The notes: generated by a model not told the origin, from the letters alone. Positions 13,041 to 27,492 are shown, numbered from the stretch's first letter. The stretch: DNA of 64,000 bases from Rhizophagus irregularis (GCF_026210795.1 NC_089430.1:3968001-4032000), one strand, 5' to 3'. Program-made: numbers and translations.

Positions 13041-14852
13041 TTATTCCTCTTTAAATAAAACACCTTCTTTTAATGCCTTCTCTTTTTTAACCCATTCCAT
13101 CATACCTTGACCAATATTTAAAACAACTTCGTCAGCAGTCACTTTAACACGATCTTTTAATTCCACAATGACAGGTTCATATTTTTCATAAGCATTCATT
13201 GCATACTCTTTGAGTGTTTGTACTTGCCTTAAAATGACTCCAGTAAAATAATTCATAAATGAAGGAAAGTATTCTGCCACCAAATTATTAATTGCTACAT
13301 ATAACTCATACATCATATCCTTTGTTGTTTGTAATATTAAAGAAAGATAAGGTAAGAGAGCATTATACATTGATCCTAATATAGAATGTAATGTTGATAA
13401 ACCTTTTTGTACTAAAACTAATGCCTCTTTAAGTGCTTCGATTGATATTGATACTACAAAATTGCCCATCTTGAATGCTGATAAAAGTACAACTAAAATT
13501 ACTGTTGTATAAAAGAAACTTAAAGCTAATATTATGGGACGTAATAAAGGAGCGAATATTGTCCATAATGATTTCAAAATTTTCGATACACGCTCCTTAA
13601 CATTTCTATAGAATTCATTACAAATTTGTTTAAATTCATTATAAATTACTGGCATGTTGATGAATATTGGTAATAATATGGTATAATAAAAGTATGCTGA
13701 TCTAGATATTTCCAACGCTGACATAAATGTGAATTCGATTAATTCCAGTCCACATTGTTTAAGACGATTCATAAGTTTTGGTTTAATGATTTGTAGTATA
13801 CTAGATATATCGCTGATAAGTTTTTTGATTATATTATAAATAATTGCAGATTGTAAGATAGAATAAATGTATTCTGCACAACTACGAAATAATGGATCTC
13901 TACAGATTTCGTATATAATATAAATCGCTTCATTTGTTATAGCCAATATAAATCTTACATATAAAATTTTTTGGAGTTTAGGAAAATAATGTCTAAACTT
14001 TTCATAAATTCTATTAGCCAATTTTCCGGCTGGGTGTAATACATTATTGTATATTAATACGCTAATTTTCCATCCAACACAAAATAATTCTTTAAAATCT
14101 TCTGCTAAATCTCTGGCGAGGAAACATCCACAATACCAAAATATCCTTCCTAAATAGACACTACTAGATATCATCCATTTACCTGGTTCAATAATGAATG
14201 TGGTTACTACCCATGACATAAAGTTTAATGATGGAAATATTATTTCATCCCATCCAATTTTAGAATATTTTACTAAAAACTTCCATGAATATATTGTAAC
14301 TTCCCGTCCTTTTGTCCATGTCACAATGCTGATGTCCCACGCAATAATTACCGTAGATTTAAGTACCGGCCATACATATAAATACGACCAATCTAACAAA
14401 AGATATGACATCTTAAGAAATGGGGTTTGAATGTAAGTTTTCCATAATGAAGGTATTGCTGCACAAACTTTTGGTATCATTTTAATATTTTGTATTAAAA
14501 AGTTTCCAAGCATTATTAAGCCCATTTCAATTAAATCTAATGAATAAAATACGAATAATCTAAATGTGTCCCATATTATTCTTAATGTTAAATATATTGC
14601 TGCAAAAGGAATAAATGGAATATAAAGTAACGGATTTTTTTGTTCCGTTGTTTCGGGTTTGGGATCAAATTTTAAATTATTTTTGGATTTTGTGAAGAAA
14701 TTTTCTCGCAATTTCCTCCATTTTGGATATTCTTTAATAGCAATATAAAAGTACAACATTGACAATATAAATATTGTAACAATTGAATAATAACTATGTT
14801 GCTGTTTTGATGAAGTTTGTTCGATAAGTAGTGGTTCAATGCTCTCCTCCAT
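13041..14852 (-). CDS. hypothetical hydrophobic/amphipathic-helical membrane protein (~600 aa, intronless)
   Basis: Long uninterrupted ORF. First ATG gives MEESIEPLL. Several hydrophobic segments and Trp/Pro-spaced helical periodicity; no family recognised. Confidence 0.75.
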   Translation of the reverse strand: MEESIEPLLIEQTSSKQQHSYYSIVTIFILSMLYFYIAIKEYPKWRKLRENFFTKSKNNLKFDPKPETTEQKNPLLYIPFIPFAAIYLTLRIIWDTFRLFVFYSLDLIEMGLIMLGNFLIQNIKMIPKVCAAIPSLWKTYIQTPFLKMSYLLLDWSYLYVWPVLKSTVIIAWDISIVTWTKGREVTIYSWKFLVKYSKIGWDEIIFPSLNFMSWVVTTFIIEPGKWMISSSVYLGRIFWYCGCFLARDLAEDFKELFCVGWKISVLIYNNVLHPAGKLANRIYEKFRHYFPKLQKILYVRFILAITNEAIYIIYEICRDPLFRSCAEYIYSILQSAIIYNIIKKLISDISSILQIIKPKLMNRLKQCGLELIEFTFMSALEISRSAYFYYTILLPIFINMPVIYNEFKQICNEFYRNVKERVSKILKSLWTIFAPLLRPIILALSFFYTTVILVVLLSAFKMGNFVVSISIEALKEALVLVQKGLSTLHSILGSMYNALLPYLSLILQTTKDMMYELYVAINNLVAEYFPSFMNYFTGVILRQVQTLKEYAMNAYEKYEPVIVELKDRVKVTADEVVLNIGQGMMEWVKKEKALKEGVLFKEE

Positions 14853-15103
14853 TTTTGATATATTTTTCAAAAAGTAAAGAATTTTAAAAACAGGTGAGAC
14901 TTTATAGTCATTTTATAATGCCGATAATGCCAAGCAAATATTCTAAAAACGGTACTATTATGTATCTTGAACACGTAATTTTTCCGGCCATTATTTCACA
15001 AATACAAAAATAGTATAGCGCAAATCTAATTGGCCGATAATTGATAGTTTGATTTTAAATTCACGCGCGGCAAATATTAAACTGTCAATATTCCGTGAGA
15101 ATA

Positions 15104-16213
15104 ATGGATGACGCCAGAAAAAATTTGCGCAACAAAAGACCCCGAGTAACAGAAACTCCTCAAGAAGTATCAACAAAAACCAATGATACTACCGACGAAG
15201 AATGCGAAGACTACAAAACAACCACTAACTCTCCACCTAAACCATATACACGAGGAGATTCATTAATTGTGGATTTAACAGACATGATAGATAATCCACT
15301 TTACAGTGATCTTATTATTAGGTGTAATGATGATGAAGAATTACATGCTAATAAATTATTTTTAGCCGGTCGTTCAAATTATTTTCATAATTTATTATTA
15401 TCCACACAAGAGCAAACAAAATCAAACAAAATCATTATTAAAGAAGTAACGTCATCGATTTTTAAAGTAGTATTAGAATATTTTTATACTGGAAATGTAT
15501 CTGATGAAACGTTAACAATCGATATAGTACCAGATGCATATTATGGGGCTACGGCCTTCTTACTTCCAAATTTAAAAGAAATAATTGTTCAGTTCATGAA
15601 ATCCTATATGGAGCATTGTCATAATGTTGGTAGTAGTAATCAAATAGCAAAAATTTTATCAAAAATCTCGGATAATTCGATTAATGATATTAATGATGAT
15701 GATGACCAACTTATTGATGAAATTTGTAAATTTTTAATGTCAAAATCTTTATATAATATTGATTATCACAATTTATCTTCAAAAGCGTTGGAATTCCTTC
15801 TTTCCCGCACTTTAAATCTGAAGGAAGGAAATTTTGTCACTACAGAATATGATGTATTCAGATATTGTGTATTATGGGCTGTAGATCAAATTGAGACGAA
15901 TGATGTTATCTATTTTTCATTACTTTTACCGAATATTGCCGGTTTGGAAGGACAAAAAGGCTCTGGTATAAAAGAATTGGATCCAGTTGATCCAAATAGT
16001 AGTAACTTATTAGAACAACATAGAGATAAAATTAAATCAATTTTGAATTCTATCTTAAATTTTATTGATTTCCGTTTAATTCATGCTAGTATATTAGCTA
16101 AGATTATTGAACCTTTGGATATTGTTAAATCTTCAATCATTACAGCTGCATATCGGTATCAAGCTCAATTTGCTGATGGTTTAGTTCAAATGAAGCGAGG
16201 TTCTCAGGAATGA
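15104..16213 (+). CDS. BTB/POZ domain protein with BACK-like region
   Basis: YSDLIIRC...LHANKLFLAGRSNYFHNLL...FKVVLEYFYTG BTB motifs, plus EYDVFRYCVLW and IDFRLI. Confidence 0.85.
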   Translation: MDDARKNLRNKRPRVTETPQEVSTKTNDTTDEECEDYKTTTNSPPKPYTRGDSLIVDLTDMIDNPLYSDLIIRCNDDEELHANKLFLAGRSNYFHNLLLSTQEQTKSNKIIIKEVTSSIFKVVLEYFYTGNVSDETLTIDIVPDAYYGATAFLLPNLKEIIVQFMKSYMEHCHNVGSSNQIAKILSKISDNSINDINDDDDQLIDEICKFLMSKSLYNIDYHNLSSKALEFLLSRTLNLKEGNFVTTEYDVFRYCVLWAVDQIETNDVIYFSLLLPNIAGLEGQKGSGIKELDPVDPNSSNLLEQHRDKIKSILNSILNFIDFRLIHASILAKIIEPLDIVKSSIITAAYRYQAQFADGLVQMKRGSQE

Positions 16214-16606
16214 TTACAATACTGCAGCAGTTGTTTTCTTCAAAACATCTTTTTAATGAGTGGGATTAGTTATAGTACGGTTGGAATATGAACATTGGTT
16301 GCGGGTTAGGAAGTATTCAAGTAGCACATGATTATCGCAATCTGATTAGATAACCAATCTTCGATCTAATCGGAGATTGTGACATTATTATCTTATCAAA
16401 TGTAAATTCGATTTTCAAGTAAAAATCTTATCAAATTTATATTTTTTTCTTTTTTTTACCATTTACCTATTGTACATTTTCACCAAAGATTAAAACTAAA
16501 ATTATAAAATATATAAAATTGATCTTACTTACCTTTGTTAAAAATCATAAAAAAATTATTTCTTATTAAGGATTGACAAAAATAATATAATCTATATAAC
16601 CTTAAA

Positions 16607-17832
16607 TTAATTACCACCTCGACAAGCAGCCCAAGCTTATGAAATAAAAGAAAGAAAAAGAATTTTGTGTTAATGTATATTGTAAAATAAATTTAGCATT
16701 TTAAAAAAGAAACTTACTAGGAAACCCACAAGCAGTACTGATGATAAAGTAGATAATCAACTAATAAAAAAATTGTTTTTCCTATCAGTAAAATATATTT
16801 ATCTTAAATAAAAAGTTTTAATTTTATACTTACAATGATGACGAATCCTAAAAGGATCATTAATTTTGTGTTCTTCCACCACATTGACCGCTATAAGCAA
16901 ATAAATTATTAGTGATATTTTACATATAGAATATCCAAAAGAAGAAAATATGGTTACAAACCCTCAATGCAGTACTTCTCTTTCTAAAGGCAAATGCTTG
17001 TTGATTTAGATTATCAGTCTTGTTGACCAAAAGTTCAATTCTTTCACCACGTGCCAAAACACGTTCTATGATAAAATCGTTAGAAAAAAAATTGAAATAT
17101 TAAATTACATTTATAAAAAAGATAGCGAGTAATTACCAATATTAGTAACCATAACATCCTTAACTTGTTCAACCTCTCCATGCACTTGCTTAATTTTGTC
17201 AACATCTGGATTATTCGAGAAATATTTCTATATCGAGAATTTCAAAAAAAGTTAAAATTTAAATTATAATTACGAATGATTTTCCTATTAAATTCATAAT
17301 ACATACCATTTGTTTTTCAATGACTTTTGAAAATTCGTTCATACCGTAAGGCAGAGCTGTGTTTGCTCTGTCTTTTGAATAATTAGCTAAAAACTTTTCC
17401 TTTATATCTTGCAAAAAAGCAAAAGGAATTCGTCGTCCAAAAGAATCATCAGCCATACACAAATAAGTGAGACCATCCTCACAAATATAATGGAAAAGAT
17501 ATCTTTTTTATAGTCAAAATACATACACATACATACACATTAAATATAATTAAATTTAATAGTATAACAAAACCCTTCTATAAAAGATTTCAAATTATTA
17601 TACCTGTCATAAACGTAAGTTAATTTTGAATTATTTGGTGGAATTTTTTCAAGAATTGCCTGAGTGACTGTAAAAATGAAAGAAAATTGATTAATCGGAG
17701 TTTAACGAACTATTTGAAAAGCAAACGAAAAACCTTGAAATATTATTTACCTTGAGTGAAATTGCCAGAAGAATCAGTGTGTTCAGCCAGAATGACTGAG
17801 CCTCGAGCTACTAACCCATAGATAAGAGACAT
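16607..17832 (-). CDS. VAMP7-like longin R-SNARE (multi-exon)
   Basis: MSLIYGLVARGSVILAEH...CMADDSFGRRIPFAFLQDI longin domain; VKDVMVTNIERVLARGERIELLVNKT SNARE motif; MWWKN followed by a TM segment. Confidence 0.92.
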
Positions 17833-18430
17833 TTTTCTAATAAAGTTTAAATTAATTTACGAAAGCAAAGAATCTAAATTTTCAATAAGAGTTTAGGGAA
17901 AGTAAAAACAAGCATGTAGAATACGGATCATATATATATTTGACAATATAAAAATATTGTCCGTCACAAATTTGACTATTATAGGCCAATACTATTCTTC
18001 TGCATAAATAATGTTGTCATTATCTAATGTGTGATTTTTACCGCCATAATCTAACGCCATTATGTAATGACCTATAAAGGATGTCAAAGTATAACTCCAA
18101 AATCTTGCATTTAAAAAATATGGTAAATGAAACTTTGGAATATTTAAGGGGATTTTACAAAAGGAATAGATGTATAAAAGTAAGTTCATTAATGCATTAC
18201 AAATAAGGTTTTATTGATTATATTTAGCGAAAATCAGCCGATATTATTATAATTCATATTTTTTACCCTGTTTATTTAATTTTTTTAAAAAAATTTATAA
18301 AAAAGTAAATTACGTTATATTTATTAATTGATTATCTTAATTGTTTAATTAAAAAAATATTTAATTTGAACCTTCTGTTTTATAAATAATATTCAAAATT
18401 TTGGAATAATAATAAAACCCTATTTAGTAA

Positions 18431-18883
18431 ATTGCTAAAGCTCACCGGCGGTAATGGTCACCGTACCAGCATTATGATGTATATTCGACCAGAATTAAAA
18501 CCTAATAAAATACTGGCCGGCATTACATCATAATTTCACCATCGGTGATCATCACTACCGGTGATGTTTAGCAATACCCTATTAATAACCCTATTAATTA
18601 ATAACATTAAATAAAATCTATATTTGCTTAATTTAATACTTTTTATTTTTATTTCTTTTTTAAAATTTATAATAATGATATGATAAATAATTCATGAACT
18701 TAAACAATAATTCTTATTAATATTGAAATTTAAGGTTTTAAATTAATATTTAAATTATATATATTTAGTTGCTAAATTGATAACATTAAAAAAATATTTA
18801 ATTTTAGAATTAGTTTTTAATTATAATTGCAATTCAAATTTATTTTAAAATAAATATCAGGGTATTGCTAAACATCACCGGTA
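18431..18883. mobile_element. MITE relic(s) with related termini
   Basis: Imperfect IR 18431-18575. 18556-18580 is the exact reverse complement of 18859-18883 (agggtattgctaaacatcaccggta). Confidence 0.5.
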
Positions 18884-19468
18884 ATATATCTTATATAGAA
18901 AAAGCAAAATATTATTTGAAATACAATTTGTATATTAGTGAAGAAAGAAAATAATGTTACTTAAGTTACTGATATTATTATATATATAATTTTCTATATT
19001 AAAAGATTTTTGTCCTTATCTTGTAAACTAATTATATTTAGTTTAAAGTTATAAAATGAAATCTATTTCGGCTCATATAGTCCGTTTTACTTTCAGCCCA
19101 CGATTGCACGGCTGTAATTTTAGTGTAAGGTAGGAATTTAAAAATGTGAAACAAAGTTACCCGCAGTTTATCGGAATTTCTACTGGGACACATGATTATC
19201 ACATTTATAATTTCATTTACCTTCTTATTTTCTCCTTGTAAAACTACAAAAACTCTTTTCCGTTGCCGCTCGGCTAATAATTTACAGGAGACAATCTCGC
19301 TTAACCTTTTATTTATTGTAGGATATTTTTATAATATCGTGAATACCATTTTTAATTTATATCTAATTATTATCATGTGTTTTTGTCATTTACTTTAGAT
19401 CTGAACAGTTCATCTTTCACACTCGTTTACATCTTTCCATTTCTTCCATTCTCAAGTAACAAAACACA

Positions 19469-20423
19469 ATGAGCGCTGAACCTCAATATTCTCCTACTCA
19501 CAGTAGTAGTAACGATGATACTTCACAACCTTCAGTAACTAAAACTTTGGCTGCTGATAATAATGGTGATTCAAAACAGTCAACTGTTGTAAAAACGCCG
19601 ACACAATCGGAAAACAGAAAATCGCAATCGGGAGGCGATTCAACAACATCGTCCTCCGCATCATCTTCACAAGCTTCACAACAAGATGCAGAGTCTAAAG
19701 ATTTAGAAGACAAGGTCAATTTGACCCTACTTTTAGTTTCTGGCAAAAGACATACATTTGCTTTTGATCCCACCGATACAATAACAGTGGTTAAAAGTCG
19801 AGTTTTTAATAATTGGCCCAAAGGTAATAACTGGGTAGATTTATTTATTTATTTATTTTTGGTCAATTGCTCATTTTAGTGATGCAGGAAAAGTTATTAG
19901 TCTCTTACAATATTATTTTTTTTTGGATTTGAATTGAAAAAGTATATTAAATTGTGACAATCAGTCGACTCGAATTTTGCTCAATCAAATTTTATATATA
20001 AATATTCAGTTCTGGAATGGGTTTATTTAACTTAGTTATAATAAAAAAAAAAATTTGTTACTTATAGAATGGGCCGATGAAACCCCTGTGGCGGTGTCAA
20101 GTTTGAAGATCGTGTACCAAGGTCGATTCTTGGAGGATGGAACCACGCTTGAAAGTAAGCAGGTTTAATTTTATGTTTTTTTTGCATTTTTATACTTTAT
20201 AACTAGTATGTAATTTAAATTTGTTTCATTTAGCAAACAAGATTCTACGTGGACAGACCACTATTGTACATTTGACTATAAAAAATGTGTCGCAACATGA
20301 CAATGATGGTTAGTTAATTAATATTGTTCCGGTTTAATTTTTTCAATTAACTTAAATTTCACAAATATTTTAGGTCCTAAATCTAAAGACGAAGCACCAA
20401 AATGTCATTGCATAATACTGTGA
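19469..20423 (+). CDS. membrane-anchored ubiquitin-fold protein (UBL3/MUB-like), multi-exon
   Basis: VNLTLLLVSGKRHTFAFDPTDTI...WP..W...LKIVYQGRFLED...TIVHL ubiquitin fold. C-terminal KCHCIIL* CaaX box. Confidence 0.85.
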
Positions 20424-21264
20424 TAGGCTATTGAATACTTTCGAAAATAATTATTAAAACTATTATAATTTTTGGTATCTTTTTTTTTTTTATAAAAAAA
20501 AAAAATTATAAAAAAATCTGTTTAATTTTGTCTTTTTTTTATTAGATATTTTTTTTTGCAGTCAGCATTCGAAAAAAAAGTGAAGAAAATAATTTAAATT
20601 ATATATATAAATTTTTAATCTCTGTATTTGATATAGTTTTCCTCCAAATTTTGTATGGAAAAAAGCAAACTAATATCAAAGAAAAATGAAAATTCCGTAA
20701 TATTGAAGTATTTTTTTTTAATTAATTATTATACGGCCAAAAAAAATGGCCCAAAGGAAAAAAAATTCACATGCAAATTATGAAATTTTTATTCAAATTT
20801 TATTTTCATCTAATAGGGTAAAAGAAAAGAGTGTATGGAATACATAAATTTATAATATGGCATAAAAATTATTTATTGGGTAAGGGAAAGATGGAACCAA
20901 AAAGACATTAGAAATAAATTTTCTTAGTTTTTGTATACAACAACGAAAACGTATTGATTTATTTGGAGGATTTTGACAAAAATAATTATGTACTTTAATT
21001 ATGGAATTTACTATGGGGTAGTTAGTGGAATGATATTGTATTTATTACGAATTTATTATTATTAATATTATTATTATGTTAATTTTTTTTTTTTTAAAAG
21101 AGGTGGAATATTAAAATATATTCATTTTGTATAATATGCTGGTTGTATAAACATTTAAATATGCATTCTTTTCATAAATAGATTATGGTCTTTAATAAAA
21201 TTACATTCTGAAATGATATTAATAAAAAAAAAGTAATTGTTACGCTTACTTTACATTGGATTAA

Positions 21265-22492
21265 TCAATCTTTCTCTGCTCTAATAACCAATCTTTTCTT
21301 AGGTTTTATAAATCTTGCTTTCGCAGATATGATATTCACTTTTGAAGGTAACGTGATATCCAAATTATATTTCCTGGGCGAATTAAAAATTAGACGCAAA
21401 GGTTCTAAGTCTAATGTGCTATCCTTTACTGATTGCTATATAAATAAATAAAAATAATTTTTTTTTAAAAAAAAAAGAAAAAGAGGTAATTTATTACATA
21501 TTAAATTTAGTTAATTTACCATAGAAGGCGTATCAATAGTTATAATCAGGAATAACCTTTTATCTCTAAATTCTTCTGTGATGGTATATTTAGGTTTATC
21601 CAGAGTTCTGACATTTTTGGTTGATTTTTCATCAATTATTTTTCGTTGGCTCGGTTTCGTGGAAATCTCCGTTATTAAAGATTTCTGTTGTTTAGGAATC
21701 ATAACTGGTTTCTCTTCTATTTTGCCTTTGTAACTTATTTTCGGATATGCAAAGTCTGAATAACATACATAAATTAATTCTTCCAGATTCATGTTCTTAT
21801 TGAAAATCACAAGAACAGAATAGTGACGTACTGCGAGTTAATTCTAGATTAAATTGTTCTTCAATCATTTCCACCGCCAGTTCGATTATATATAATTTAA
21901 AATCGGAATCTTCTCTTGTTCTTTTAAATGGTAATGTATGAATAATAGCATCACAAACATAACAAAGATCCTCCTCTAACATTTCAATATTTCAAATCAG
22001 TTATATTACTAAAGAAAAAAAATACAAAATAATCAAAAACATACTATTGTCTTTATCTTCTCGAATATTACTAATAACGGTCGGAACACGATAAATTGAA
22101 TCCTCATCGCCATTCATTGATTTTTTTATTTCAGTTTCAGTAGCATTTGGTGGACATGGTACTTTATTTGAATAACAAAAATTGATGAAAAATTTTGAAT
22201 TTAATTTATATAGTTTTTTATTTGAGGATGCTATACGAATTTTTATTACAAATCCAGGATTAGGGAGCAGTTGAATACTCTCAAAATCTTGTCCATCTGA
22301 TTTAGTGGTTTTCATGTATTCTTCTGTTATTGCAGCCATTGCTTTTGGATTTTCTGCTAATTGTGATGAAAGTTCTTCTAAAAATACTTCTTCCGCAAGT
22401 TCTTCTTGTTCATTACGTACAATATCCTTTATAATTAATGAAGAAGGTGTTTTAGAAGAATTTTCATCAAAATCCAATTTAGTATGAGCCAT
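21265..22492 (-). CDS. PIH1-domain protein (R2TP/HSP90 co-chaperone family), multi-exon
   Basis: LPNPGFVIK...FINFCYSNKVPCP...YRVP...CYVCDAIIH PIH1 motifs. C-terminal CS-like strand SAKARFIKPKKRLVI. Confidence 0.8.
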
Positions 22493-22784
22493 CTTTTTAG
22501 TTGACGAAACAAAAAATTATTGAAAGTTAATATTGCGATTCGATCTTAATATCTATCTTTTATCACGTAACACAAGTCATTGTAAATTATGATTCACATG
22601 ATAACAGTGATTATTTTTTTTGATCAAGATTTTATTTTCCATCACACAAATAACTAAAAAGTAAAATTTACTTTTTTTTCGCAAGGGTTAAAAAAAAATT
22701 TTTTTTTTTAACATTCGAGAGATCAGTTTTGTAGCACATTTTATATCGAGTGCAATCTTCAAAGCTTTTATTTAGCTTAAAGAA

Positions 22785-25700
22785 ATGAGGGAATTACCGT
22801 CCAAAGAATCTGCTCTTTTTAAGCAAATTCTTGCAAGTATCTTATATAGTGATGGCTACTTCTGGTATATTATTATATATGTATATTTAGCATGACTGAC
22901 CGAAAAGTTATAAATTTTATATTAGAAATTCTATGAGTATAAACAGTATAAGAAAGGGTTGAAAGCTGCTGATCAAATATTGAAAAAATTTCCTGAACAT
23001 GGGGGTACATATATGATATTATTTCTTTTTTTTTATATCTGTTGATATATGTTAAATTTTGTTTTATTTGCATAATAAAGAAATTATTTTGAAAATGAAT
23101 TCATTTAATTGATGTTTATCTATTGTAATTTTGATAATGCGATTATCATCATTTAATTATTGATGCAGAGACATTGGCTATGAAAGGATTGTTTCTTAAC
23201 CATATGGATAGGAAGGAAGAAGCTCATGATTTCGTACGCAAAGGGCTTAGGTTTGATCTGAAGAGCCATATTTGTAATTATATTTTTGATGATTACTTGT
23301 TTAGAAACAATTTTCCATCATTCAAACTTTTTATAATCGGACAGGTTGGCACGTATATGGATTGTTACATCGATCCGATAAAAACTACGGTGAAGCTTTA
23401 AAGTGCTATAATCAAGCATTAAAATTTGATAAGGTATGAATGATTTAAATATTATTTTCGCATTCACTTGAAAATCATTTATTTAAAATTTTTTTGGTGA
23501 TAGGATAATATGCAAATCCTTCAAGATTATTCCTTGCTCCAAATTCAAATGCGAAATTATGAGGCTTTTAATGTAAGATGTAGAATCATTATGTTTATTT
23601 TAACAATTATTAATATTAAATTATTGTTCGATGGGAATATTACTTAATTAAAAGGAATCAAGACTTCGTCTTTTGAATTTAAGACATAATAATCAAAGAT
23701 ATTGGATTGGACTTGCTATATCTTATCATCTGCTAGAAAATTATGAAATAGCCGAAAAAGTATTGAAAGCTTACGTGGATACTTTAAAGGTGAATATAAA
23801 ATCTCATTAAGCTATTTGCGTTTAATTACATTTAATGATGATGGCATCCTTCGTAGGAAAAACCAGGTCCTATGAATTTTGAACACAGCGAGATGCTGCT
23901 ATATCATAATCTTATAATAGAAGAAAGTGGCAAGTTTGATAAAGCTTTGGAGCACTTAGAATCCATTGAAAATGATATTTGTGATCGTCGCTCATGGAAA
24001 GAAAAGAGAGGTTTGAATATCAATTATAGACTATATCATAGTTATATTATGCTAAAATAATCATATATTCGTCTTTTTCGACTAGCCTTCTTTCTGCTGA
24101 AACTTGAAAGATATCAGGAAGCAAAGATAGCTTATGAAGACTTGATTGCTGACAATCCCGATTGTTATGATTATTATAATGGCTTGTTATTAGCTTCCCA
24201 AATAAATACCAGTAAGTATTTCATTAGTATATATCAATTAATTTAACGTGTTAACTCACTATAATAAGTTCATTTAATAATGAGAATTGAATCCTGTTAG
24301 ATGAGTTGTCCTCTGAACAACGCGAAAAAGTTATTGAAATTTGTCAAGAAATGGCAACAAAATATCCAAAGTCAAATCTTTTAAAGCTACTTCCTATAGA
24401 ACATACAGCTGGTCAGTTACTTGAATGTGGTTTGCATGGATTGTCTTGTTTGTAATATTCTTATATTTTATTATATGGTTGTAGATGAAAGATTTAAAGT
24501 AGAAGTAGATAAATATATGCAAGCAGCTCTTAGAAAAGGTGTCCCTTCATTATTTGTTAATCTTAAAAAACTTTATGCTGATCCGATAAAGGAGGATACA
24601 ATTGAGAAATTGGTTGAAGAATATCTCCAAAATCTAAAGACGTGTAACACTTTCACCAAAAGTTCGGATGCTGGTGACGAAATTGAAGAACCTACAGCGT
24701 ATCTCTGGACTCTCTATTTGTTGGCTCAACATTACGATAACAAACGTGATACTACAAGGGCTCTCAAGTTGATCGATGAAGCAATCGAACACACACCAAC
24801 TTTAGTAGAATTATATATGACAAAGGGCCGTATACTCAAGGTCCGAACTTTAAATAGATATTTTAGGTGGCATCATAAATTGAAACCCAATCTTACCAAT
24901 TACCAATTATTTGCATCTTTGACGTATATAGCATGGGGGAGACCTTAATAATGCCATGAAAGTTATGGACGAAGCCCGAGAGTTGGATCTTCAAGATAGG
25001 TTCATCAATTCGAAATGCACAAAGTATATGCTTCGGAATAATCAACCAGAAGAAGCTCTAAAAACAATTGGATTATTTACTAGAGTGTGTATAATTGATT
25101 GAATGTTTTTTATATGGTTTTTTATATATTATTTAGATTATTTATATATATATTTTTTTTTAAAAAAAAAAAGGGCGACGCTCCTGATCCATTAACGGAT
25201 CTTATAGACATGCAGTGTATGTGGTATGCACTCGAGGAAGGGGAGTGTTATAGGAGGCAGAATAATTTAGGCAAAGCTCTTAAACGTTTTCATCAAATCG
25301 ACAAGGTATAATTCAACATTTAAGTTAGTAATTTTCTACATACATAAATTTTAAATACTTTAAATTATTAATATAAATAATGCATTTTTAATATGGTTTA
25401 TTGTCAATCATATTTAAGCATTTTGCAGATATAACGGATGATCAATTCGATTTTCATACATATTGTCTACGCAAAGTTACTCTTAGAGCATACTTGAGGT
25501 ATGTCGCGATTCATTCTTATATTCTCGTGAAATTTTTACACTTATTTATTATTGCTATGATGTAAAAGCATGTTACGACTTGAAGATCAGCTACGTTCAC
25601 ACCCCTATTATTTCCGTGCCGCGAAAAATGCCATAGAGGTAAGTATAAGTAATATTCTCATATGTTGTCTCCTTTGTTCTTATTATGAATCATCATATAT

Positions 25701-26991
25701 GGAAAAATCCAGATCTATCTTTATCTAAAAGACAATCCAAAATCAGCCAATGGTGAAGAAAGTCAAAATTATGGTACGTTTCATTTGCGAATTTTTAATA
25801 TAATGGAAAATTTCTAATTGAATAAAATTCGAACAAAATAATTTCAAAAGAAAATATGACAGAAGAAGAGATTAAGGCTGCCAAGAAAGCCAAAAGTAAA
25901 GCCAAAAAAGCTGCGCTTAAGGAGGCAAAAAAAGGTAAGAGTTAATTTATTAAGTGAGTTATATATATATATATATATATATTTTGAAATAAAATTTTTT
26001 TTTCATAAAGCTTCTCCGGCAAAAGAGGATCAATCGAAAAAGAAAGTACAAGATGATGACCCGGAAGGCGAAAAATTTCTGAAGGTTCAATTATGTTTGA
26101 TTATTATATAATAAACATTATTAATAATTTAATTAACTTCTAGAATGATTTACAGGTAGAAGATCCTTTAGGGGAAGCATTCAAGTTCCTTCAACCTTTG
26201 CAAATATTGGCTTCGAAAAGAATAGAAACACATTTATTAGGATTTGAATATTACATTCAAAAAAGTTTGTTTTCTGATTTCAGATAAATATTATTATGCT
26301 TAGTTACTAATAATCGTCATTATATTTCAGAAAAGTATTTACTCGCTCTTAGGGCTCTAAAACGAGCATATAATATTGATAAAGAAAATCCAGAATTACA
26401 TGTAAATATAATACGATTCAAGTTTGAAGGTATGGTAACTATTCTAATAATATTATGTTTATTATAATTTATGAAAAATATTTCAACAGATTATCTTATT
26501 TTAGTTTCTAGGCTTGAGAAAGAAGAAAACGAAAAAAGAGAACCGTTACGTGATTCTACTGAATATCAAACAATTTTTAAAGTTGTTAATACAGTATTAC
26601 CAACCATACTTCCCGATAATACTTCCTTAGAAGTATATACTGAGGAATTTTTAGCAAGGAATAAAGGGTCCATGTCACATTTATTAGCTGGCTCTAATGC
26701 ATTATTGCAAATAAATCCTGATAATAAACAAGAAGTCACAAATTTATTGATGAACTCTATTAAGGATGAATTTTTGAGTACGAGAACACTAAAGGTAATT
26801 ATTCAAGTAATATGTATGTATTTCTCTTTTTCGATTCGACTATTTACAATTTATTTAATTTTATGAAGAATTGCATATCAGTATACGAACAACTTAAAAA
26901 CAAGTTAGATTCATCAAAAGCCGAAGAATTTAAGAATAAGTGTAAAGAATGGTTTCCGATTTCAACTTATTTCAAGGGACTCGACGATTAG
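22785..26991 (+). CDS. NAA15: NatA N-terminal acetyltransferase auxiliary subunit, multi-exon
   Basis: [91 protein letters not shown]. Confidence 0.95.
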
Positions 26992-27492
26992 AAATAAATT
27001 ATTTGAAGAGTATAGAGGAAAATATCAATGAAATTATTGTTTATTTAATTATCATAAAAAACAATTTATACGGAGAGTCAATTATTTTTTTGCAATTCTG
27101 TCGAAGGTCAAAAAAAATATGCATGAATATTGAATATATTTAATTTTGATTCATACAAAAAAGTTTGTATTTTTAGTGATGTTTGTTTTCATTAATTAAA
27201 AAAGAAATTTTTTTGAAAAATTAAATCACGGATTTACGAGACGATTTTTTGCATCTTATTCTGATTTGTAATATATATTTTAAAAGTTGGTTAAATTCTG
27301 TTATTTTTAGCATTCATTATTATTAAAAGCTAAACGAATACGCGACATAAAAAATAACGTAGCCAAAAGGGTTTATTCGCAATGTGGCAAAGATATGAAA
27401 ATACATTAATATTAAAAAAAAATAATTATAGTTAATATGAAAAGCCAAGACATTTTGAAAACGTCAATAATCTCTTTATGATCAAATAATCT

